A stretch of 64,000 nt of DNA from Antedon mediterranea. Taxonomy: Eukaryota; Animalia; Echinodermata. Below, piece by piece: positions 55,711 through 64,000 of this stretch; position 1 is the first letter of the stretch; the number at the start of each line of letters is the position of its first letter. The stretch is from the NCBI RefSeq assembly GCF_964355755.1, contig NC_092680.1, positions 4,402,001 to 4,466,000 on the forward strand, written 5' to 3'. The translations under genes and the position numbers were made by a program. Below the pieces are notes generated by a model that was not told where the DNA came from, made no database searches, and saw only the letters and a program-made list of their open reading frames with translations.

Positions 55711-56327
55711 GTTTTCACCCATGACCCTTTGCCAATATCATGGTGTTCATACGATCGCGATTGCGCTGATTTTAGATGGCTATATACTTAAGACCATCAA
55801 GCTAGATTTCATTTAATCAGCAGTACTCGGTATGCCTACAATCTGATCCTTGATGTACCGGAGAAATCTATTTACAGTTTTGAATCCGATGGTACAATAC
55901 ATCATAGTTTGGCAAAACTCATGACCGCATATCACCTATTAGCGTTCGTAATATATTAGCAATGTAAAGTTACTAATAGGTGTACATTACTATGTACTTA
56001 TTACTACAGTATTTACATATTGTGCTAATAAACAAAATGTTTACGAGGCGTATCGTTGATATTAATGATTTGTCACAGTAAAACTTGTTAAAATATCTTT
56101 TGGATGTCATTTACAGGTCACGCAGATACATATAGATTATGCTTATTATATGCAATTCATTCTAAATTACTGTTGGTCAGTTAATAATAATGCTGTAACT
56201 TCATTACCATCAGTATATCTGTCAGTACGATATCGCACCGGTGGAGATCGGGCTGTATGTATGTTCAGACACATTGTTTTAAAATAATGGAATTTTGTAT
56301 AACACGCCAGGTAGTATATCATTATAA

Positions 56328-56485
56328 TGATTGGTTCCCACTAGGACGCAACGCAACGACGTGAGCCCAGCGCAAGTGAGTTGACCATATAAACAAAGTA
56401 GGACAATCCATCTCTTTTGATTGGTCAAATTACTTGCGTTACGCTTTACGTCTTTGCGTTACGTCCTTACAGTGGGAACTTAGCT
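56328..56485. mobile_element. MITE family A, diverged
   Basis: TTGGTTCCCACTAG...AGTGGGAACTTAGCT. Other degenerate A-like relics lie at about 2490-2575, 9822-9868, 16786-16895 and 50761-50792. Confidence 0.7.
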
Positions 56486-56992
56486 TAAAGAAAATACAAC
56501 ACAGTTGGCGCTGTTACTTTAAAATTACCAGTCATAGCATATTGCGTTAAAGATATTTTATTTCATATCATATTATAATGTAAATGAATACGGTAATTAC
56601 TGTGAGTTTGATTTAACAAATCCACAAATTGGATAAAACAATCTTTATTTACCTGTACAGATACCAAAAAACTGTAATTTAAAGAGAAAAATACTCATGT
56701 CTGCCGACCATTGTGTTTTGTTACGTATTTAACCGTTTAATTTATATTCTTATAAAGTGAAATGTTGTGTTCGTTTTGTTTTGTACTGAAGTTAATGTCT
56801 TTATTATAAATGCAAAATGGCCTATTCAAAATTTGTGTGAATTAATCTTTGTTTTTCATAGTTTTGAGGAACAATACATCTTCAACCATTATCAACTGAT
56901 AGGTTAGAAGTAAAATAATTTCTAATTGTTTATACGTTAAGAAAAAAACAAAATGGCAAAATCTTAGGTAACACGTGTGAATGTAGCTTATA

Positions 56993-57256
56993 AGTTCTGT
57001 CAACATGGGCATATCACTACCATAATTGGACACATCACACTTTTTTATGCCAAACTAGTTTGTATAGTGTAGACAGAGCTTAAGGCTGGTCATTGCACTT
57101 GCATGCCTAAAAAAATGGAAAATTCTTACGTAACACATAAATGTAGCTTAAAGCTCTGTCTACACTATCAAATTACATGTGACAAAAAATGTGATGTGTA
57201 CCATCTTTGGGCACATCGCACATTTGGTCAAACTACTTTGATGTGTAGAAAGGGCT
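56993..57256. mobile_element. Two internally deleted family B MITEs (about 56993-57080 and 57152-57256)
   Basis: B-type termini and the CATATCACTACCAT core. Another degenerate copy lies at about 58370-58490. Confidence 0.7.
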
Positions 57257-57557
57257 TTAAGATGTATGTGTGTGTACACGTAAGAATGTGCAGATGCATC
57301 AATGCTGTTAATGGATTACCTGTAATCTGACAGAGTAAGCTCTAAAATGTAAGGTTGTTTATATCATTAATTTCGAAGTGTTTTCAGCAACAAATTTAAT
57401 GTCATGTGAAACGGAGAAAAGATAAACTTTGGTTATCAATTATCATTGTGTCGGTAGGTCACACGCATGTCAATTCGAAAATTTAAGTGAAACGACATTA
57501 AAAATACTTGTTGCAGAAATATATTGACTGGTGGCGCTGTTGATAAAGAACACCTAC

Positions 57558-57624
57558 CATATATTATGCCTACGTCATCAATTGCAACTTCGGCGTTTCC
57601 TCTAAATATTACTTCAAACATTAT
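57558..57624 (-). CDS. MAM receptor exon 4 (IMFEVIFRGNAEVAIDDVGIIY)
   Basis: Acceptor ttttag| in phase 0. C-terminal MAM motif FQIMFE...AIDDV. Donor G|gtaggt (phase 1) is preferred; phase-0 donors at 57529 and 57508 are also possible. Confidence 0.8.
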
Positions 57625-59039
57625 CTAAAAACAAATACATATCATAAGTAAAGATCATTGGTGAGTTTACAGGATGTAATATTACCTTTTTAGTATATTT
57701 GATGAACAGTTTTAATTTTTGTCATAGGAGGCCCCTAAATGAAATAAAGTATCGTCTATGAAAGGAACGGAAATGTACTAGGCACTAGAAAGCAATGAGT
57801 GACGTCATAATTCCCAGTAGACATTGATTATGAATGGTGATAATACAATTGATAACTGATATAGAAGGAGACTGAGAATAAGTGTACATATCAAATAAAT
57901 AAATTATAATACATATTAGTTAGTTTGAAACGATTGGATAGAAGAAGAATGAAGGAAAAAAAATGAAGAGTGTATTTGTAGTAAGCGGACCATAGACATA
58001 AGGGTTTATTTGTTTCATTGTATTTACTGTATTAATTAAAAATCTAAACCCTAAGTAATACGCATTTTATTAATTTGATTTGATTGATTTTTTCAAATCA
58101 CTTTTTTTTCTGTTATCTTGTCATGTATATGTTTTAAAATAAAATAAAAAATTAAATTAAAAAAAAATCGCGGTAATCTATCAAAAAAATCATATCAGAT
58201 TTGAATTATTTGAATTTAGACCTGGTTCATACGCAGATTGGGAAGAAACTTAAATTGAAAAAAATAATAGGCTTATTTATAGAATATTATAAAATATTTA
58301 TTATAAAATGGATACTATACAAGAAATATCAACATTAACAAATAAAAGAATTGTATTGTAAAGATATGTTGTACACTATCACAATTTATGTTTTGATAGT
58401 ATTTTTTTATATGACCATATATGGACATGATGATATCATATCCTTACCATATTTGGGCATATCACTACCATATTTGGGAACATAACACTTTTGAATTTAA
58501 CGTTAACATTCTATCAACTCAACATAACGGAACATTAAATGTGACAAGAGCACAAACCTTAGAAATTAACTTAAATACCAAACATTACAACTGCAAAATG
58601 TCATGTCATGAAGACATCTAATCTGTCTTTCTTTTTTTTTTATCTAAAAATTATCTTTTTTTTCTCTTATTAATCAATTGTGCAGTAGTCATGAGCCTTG
58701 GACAAACTTTGATGAATATAACAGCTCTCATGTCACTACGACTGTATGGTACTTAACAAGTTGTGACAATACTAATACTTTTTTTTAATTTTGTTTTTCA
58801 GATTTTTTTAATTTAAAAAAAAGCCTAAAATGTGTTCTAAATTTTGGTAAGTTGTTGTGGTTTTTATATAGGCCTAATAATAATAAAATATCCTAAAATT
58901 TGTTCTAAATTGGCGCGCAATTTCAATCGTTTGCGTTTTAGTAACCATACCAGAATGTGTTCATGACTTACAGAATCACAACACTAATCGCCAACCATAG
59001 ATATTATTTCAGGCCTATAAGATGTTTAGCATAGCTTAC

Positions 59040-59320
59040 CTGAAACATAGTTTCCGAATGTAAAATCAAACTTGCTCTGGACCACTGACCGTCCGTTTTT
59101 GTACATGGACGTCTCCAAGATGCTATTGTATTATTTTCTGTTCTGATATTATTTATATGTATTCTTAGCTCACAATCTGAAGATTGTTTAGCTCTTGTGA
59201 AATAGTAAAATTCTAACGTGAAAAAGTCCTGTTTATGCCCCTCCCAAGGTGACTTCAATCGCGCTGTAAACTCGTTTTTATTCGCATTTTTACTTCTCCA
59301 CGTTACGTGCATAAAATGCC
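59040..59320 (-). CDS. MAM receptor exon 3 (HFMHVTW...ARLKSP...LEFYY...GQWSRASL...FQ)
   Basis: Acceptor atttatag|, donor CAG|gtaagc, 281 nt, phase 1-0. Core MAM motifs. Confidence 0.9.
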
Positions 59321-60745
59321 CTATAAATTAAATATTTATATATAGTTATGATCACCATAATAACGCCAGATTATTCAGATGTCATCAGTGTTTAATACAC
59401 CTAGACAGGAATGGTTTCTGACTGCCAATAGTCGGTTAGAATCAATCTGGTGACAGCTTCAGAACCTAATGTTTACACTATGCCTTCAACCAAACTCAAA
59501 CTACCGAGACAATTCCAAATACATCTTCCCCATCGTATACATTACGATGGGAAGGCAGGAGTACACAGTTTGTATCTGAAAACCCAACATGTATCAAAAT
59601 AAAAAATAACATATAATTATATACATAAATCCAACGGCAAATTACTAAAAAAATAACAATGCTGTGGGTATCAGTGGCTAGATTTCAATGGAGATACAAA
59701 AAAAAAAAAAAAACTAAATCAAAACGACAAAGTAAAACAGCCAGAAAAGCTTTCGGGCAACACTAGCCCTTCATTAGTGCATAATTATATACACATATAC
59801 AAATAAAATCATTAGTAAGTATAGTTTGGTTTTGCCATCATGTATGGTGACCAATCCTCAGAGGGCAGGGTTCAAGTCCTGTAATAGTATCATGGTCATT
59901 ACAGTGCCTTCGTGTCTACCAAAGCCACATAATTAGATTTAGGAAATATTGTATCATGGCTTATTACCCATCCTGTAATTGGCGTGACGTGTTCTAAATT
60001 AAACAAAAAAATTAAAGTCCATTTGGTTTTTATGATTATAATTAGAAAACCACCGCAGTATATTATCATCTTTGTGAATATCATTAACTTTCTCATCGCT
60101 AAGTAACGTTATCATTTTATCGTATTTACTGATATGATATTTGGAATTGTCAGTTAATATACTAAAATTGGAATGATTATTACAATGCTTTACGTTACGT
60201 AGGTTCGTTAGCTCATGTTTATGTTTTGTCATATTGTATTTTTGTGAAGGTCCCTAATGATCAACTTCGGTTGGATGGACCACCCTCGTAAAATATTGTT
60301 AAAATTCAAAATAAAAATGGTGCGACGCTTTATGCCATGTGCGATACAATACGGTAACACTTTATTGCAATCACCGTAGTAGTTCAAATCAAAATTGAAG
60401 TTTAACAAAGTTCAAAGGAAAACAAAACAATTCTTTTGATAATACTATTTCACCATTTCCTTATACTTTTCCATTGGTTCTACATTTAAATTACCCTTAG
60501 ACATTAGAGACAACTTTATAGCGTTACTAAGTGGTTTTAGATTAATTAGTGTATATGAACAATTTGAGATTTCTGTAAGCCTGGCATGTCAAACGACTTT
60601 TAAACATTGATCCTGGTTTAGTGTACAGGAAAAAGACGCCACCGTAAGATCATTGCCATATCCGGACTTTTATGTGGTTTTAAGAGGTCGATCATGATGA
60701 TGCCACAAGCAAAGTTTTTTTTTGTTTTGACAAAATAAAATGTTA

Positions 60746-61178
60746 AGCTCTGTCTACATTATCAAACTTTATGTGACAAAATGTGATGGACATGATGATG
60801 TCATATATCACTACCATATGTGGGTATATCGCTACCATATTTGGGCACATCACACTTTTTTGTCAAACTAGTTTGATATTGTAGACAGAGCTTAAAATTC
60901 AAATTAACAAATTACAAAAACCATAAAAAATGGTTTTTTTTTTTATTACTCGACAATTGTAAATAATGTTGTGTTTTATTTTTTATTATGTATTTTTGGA
61001 TGGATGTTTTAAGCCTTGTGTACACTATCAAACAGTATGTGACAAAAACAAATGTGATGTGTCTATATTTATATGGACAAGATGATGTCATATCACTACC
61101 ATATTTGGGGATATGACTACCATATTTGGGCACATCACACTTTTTTTGTCAAACTAGTTTGATAGTGTAGACAGAGCT
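60746..61178. mobile_element. Two family B MITEs (60746-60892 and 61012-61178)
   Basis: Full TIRs. The second copy lies about 37 bp from the exon-2 donor. Confidence 0.85.
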
Positions 61179-61215
61179 GTATATCAAATTCAAAATGAAA
61201 ACGATGCATTCAAAC

Positions 61216-61365
61216 CGTTTCCTGTTGTGTGGTCTCCGGATGGAGGTTCATCAATTCCTGCCATCAACAGATCTGCTGTTTTCGTCCTCTTCCAACCAAA
61301 ACTGTTCTTTGCTTTACTGTATCCACACGCTCCGCTGTTTTCAAAATTACAGTATACATTTTGGC
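61216..61365 (-). CDS. MAM receptor exon 2 (QNVYCNFENSGACGY...GDHTTGN)
   Basis: Acceptor ttcaatag|, donor G|gtttga, 150 nt, phase 1-1. N-terminal MAM motifs CxFE..CG..W..DHTTG. Confidence 0.9.
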
Positions 61366-61552
61366 CTATTGAATTAAACAAAAACGAACATTATAAAGGT
61401 TGTTATGAGCTTGGTAACGTATTTAAAATGTAACGATGGTTTAAAACCAGATAAGATAGGAATAAAGCTCGTCCCTGATTTAACTAATACATAATAATAT
61501 GTACTAATACATATAATTAATATCCTCGAATTTTCTCGTCATTACATGTTAA

Positions 61553-61913
61553 AGCTTGGTTCCCACTAGAACGTAACGCAAGGACGTAAACGCAACGCAA
61601 GCGTTTTAACCAATGACAAGCGAAGTTATAGACAGTTAGCAATCACAAGCGAATAAGCCATCGCTTGTGATTGGTCAATTCACTTGTGTTGCGTTACGTC
61701 CTTGCGTTGCGTCGCTAGTGGGAATCACGCTTTAAGCTTGGTTCCCACTAGAACGTAACGCAAGGACGTAAACGCAATGCAAGCGTTTTAACCAATGGCA
61801 AGCGAAGTTATAGACAGTTAGCAATCACAAGCGAATAAGCCATCGCTTGTGATTGGTCAATTCACTTGTGTTGCGTTACGTCCTTGCGTTGCGTCGCTAG
61901 TGGGAATCACGCT
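61553..61913. mobile_element. Tandem dimer of MITE family A (61553-61731 and 61735-61913)
   Basis: Two 179-bp head-to-tail copies separated by TTA, with only about 2 differences seen. Confidence 0.9.
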
Positions 61914-61917
61914 TTAC

Positions 61918-62058
61918 GGCCATCCAGCAAAAAAACCCGCCAGCCCGGAGAGGAGGTAGGCAGCGCTGGGAGATCTGGCGTATGATGAGTACTACTATAT
62001 CGCGTCTGCTACGCCCCTACGACCACCTAGATCATGGGACAAACGAAACGAAACGAAT
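61918..62058 (+). mobile_element. LINE 3' relic (RTE-like)
   Basis: Homologous to the reverse strand of 39205-39365. Frameshifted peptide QRWEIWR..SATPLRPPRSWD, then an (AACGA)n tail. Confidence 0.5.
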
Positions 62059-63347
62059 TATTTCATTATTAGAGTTGTTTGGACTTTCTCTTTATACAAT
62101 AAATAAAAACATTGCAATGTTAGAATATCATTTATTTGCCAAACAATTTCCACATTTTCGGAAATACAGTAAAGAAACGTACAGTAATTCCCACACGTTA
62201 TGCGTCACGTTTGACATGGTTCAACGACCATTATTATGACAAAATGTGAAATTAGAATTTTTTTTTTTTCAATTTTGTTGTTGAATATGCCATTTTAATG
62301 TCACGTAATAGTTTATTCATAAAGATTTACCTGAAAAAATATGTAATTTAAAGCAACAAAAAATACTTAAATAGTCAGACAATGGTTTTTGGTTAAAACT
62401 GAAAAATTGCATTCATTTTTTTATGTTTTTTGGGGACAATGCATCTTTAATACCATAAATGAGAAAAAAAAAACTTCCCCGTGACTTTAGATAAAAAGTT
62501 TAAATGGTGTTAATCCGAATGGACATATTTGCAGCAGTAATAACTTTTGCACAAATTAATTTAGTAGTTCTATTTATATATTAATTTTTGAATGTAAATA
62601 GAGCACCTGTTTTTATATTTGAGTCAGACTTGTAGTTTGCAAAAATATGGTATATTTATTTGATGAGCAATGGTATACTACCGAGATTGTATTAATTTGT
62701 ATTTTATTTTACATTACCCAGTACATTTTTCTTAACGTGGATTACAAAAATCAATATAATGTAATACTAAATGATTAAATTGATTTTTTTTTATTTTTAA
62801 CTTGTTTTGTACTTGTATTGTATTTTGTACTTGTATAATATTAATATAGCATTAAGTGTGTTTCTATTTATTTAATTATTATGTTAGTCTGTTACTTCTA
62901 TCTTTCAAATGTCAACCAGTCTGTCGGCCAGTTTTTTCACAATCGCCGTCATTTATTTCTTGACACACGTTTTCATTGAACTTATTTATCATCAAACATT
63001 TCAAACCTAAAGTAGATTAAGTATTTGGATTCTATTCTGTATTTTTAGATCCGACGCACATCTTGAAAACCATAACAAAATGTCATTCAAATCCCTAGAT
63101 ACGGTTTTTTTTTCGTTGACAACACGATTCTCCTCTCCTCTTAAGATTTAGGCTAGATAAATCTATTTGCAATTCAGTGTTAAAACTTAGAAGCTATCTT
63201 AATTGAATTGATAACACAGCCCACGCGGCTTGATACTAACAGTATAGATAATGTTATTAACATGTATACTTTAAGGCGTACGTTTAGTACTGTAGTATGC
63301 TGCTATATAACTGTGTGTTCATAAAAAAGTAGCAAACAAGATCTTAC

Positions 63348-63417
63348 CTGTTGATTGGTGTACCCCGGTAGCTGTTATGGAAAGAAGTAAAAAGTAGCTC
63401 CGTAAACGGATAGCCAT
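63348..63417 (-). CDS. MAM receptor coding exon 1: signal peptide MAIRLRSYFLLLSITATGVHQST(G)
   Basis: Start context aaaATGG, a basic n-region plus hydrophobic core, and a strong phase-1 donor CAG|gtaag. An in-frame stop lies upstream. A pyrimidine-rich acceptor just before 63554 suggests a further upstream non-coding exon. Confidence 0.75.
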
Positions 63418-63764
63418 TTTAAAGATCAGGCGCGTGTTATGTTCAGGCTTCTTCCGGGCTAATGTCGGCGTAAAGTGTATCGGACTGGAGTAGCGCTGCT
63501 TAGAACATTTTCATTTTTGAGTCATAGAATCTTAGTCATTAATAAGGATTTGACCTGTGAACCAATGAACAGAAACAAACATATTTTAAAATGAAAGCTA
63601 ACGGAACCTCTATAACGATTCACATATACTGCAAAAAGTCATAATGTATGTAATAAGAAATAAAACATACCGTACCCCAGATGTGCCATGCCAAGAATTA
63701 AAACTCTATCGGTTTTCCATTGAATTTATCGAATTAATTTGATTATGTGTAGGCTACTCCCGCT

Positions 63765-64000
63765 ATTTGATATTGTCATATTTTGACTGAAATGTACTTA
63801 TGATATTATGCAAATGAGATTTGATTTGAATTGAATTTATTTGGAGATTCATTATATATAAATATTAATACTATGTACATTTTGATATTTGTCATATTTT
63901 GACTGAAATGTATTTAAATAAGGTTTGATTTGATTTAAATTGAATTTATTTTGAGAATCATTATATAAATATTAATACTGTGTACATTTGATATTTGTCA
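63765..64000. repeat. AT-rich ~110-bp tandem repeat running off the window end
   Basis: TTTGATATT(T)GTCA recurs at about 63766, 63881 and 63987. Confidence 0.75.

Larger units (their letters stand above)
49477..63417 (-). other. Gene span: single-pass type I membrane protein with one MAM domain (~346 aa, 7 coding exons)
   Basis: Exons of 70+150+281+67+60+100+313 nt sum to 1041 nt (347 codons including the stop). All junctions are GT-AG with compatible phases (1,1,0,1,1,2). MAM hallmarks are present: C-x-FE, GW, GDHTTGNGHFM, ARLKSP, LEFYY, GQW, AIDDV. Confidence 0.85.

Noticed and set aside
63452-63524. AP-1 (TGAGTCA) and ETS (CCGGAAG) promoter motifs of the MAM gene
   Set aside because: Short motifs are expected by chance, and the region is probably spliced 5' UTR rather than promoter given the acceptor at 63554.

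Overview
This is AT-rich eukaryotic DNA from an invertebrate animal (spliceosomal GT-AG introns, SINE/LINE relics, Helitrons). It contains no operons and no CRISPR array. One protein-coding gene is well supported. It lies on the minus strand (ATG 63417 to stop 49477) and has 7 frame-compatible exons giving about 346 aa: signal peptide, one divergent MAM domain, short stalk, transmembrane helix and a tyrosine-motif-rich tail with no catalytic domain. The rest is non-coding and transposon-rich. It holds three related AGCT-ended MITE families with TWA flanks (about 30 copies, often stacked or nested), three copies of a 1.3-kb non-autonomous Helitron, two Helentron/HINE-like elements, a hAT MITE, two tRNA-derived SINEs, LINE 3' relics, a degenerate hammerhead-like motif and several minisatellites, one with a 646-bp higher-order repeat. 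Most ORFs in the supplied track are spurious. All coordinates were counted by hand and no database searches were run.
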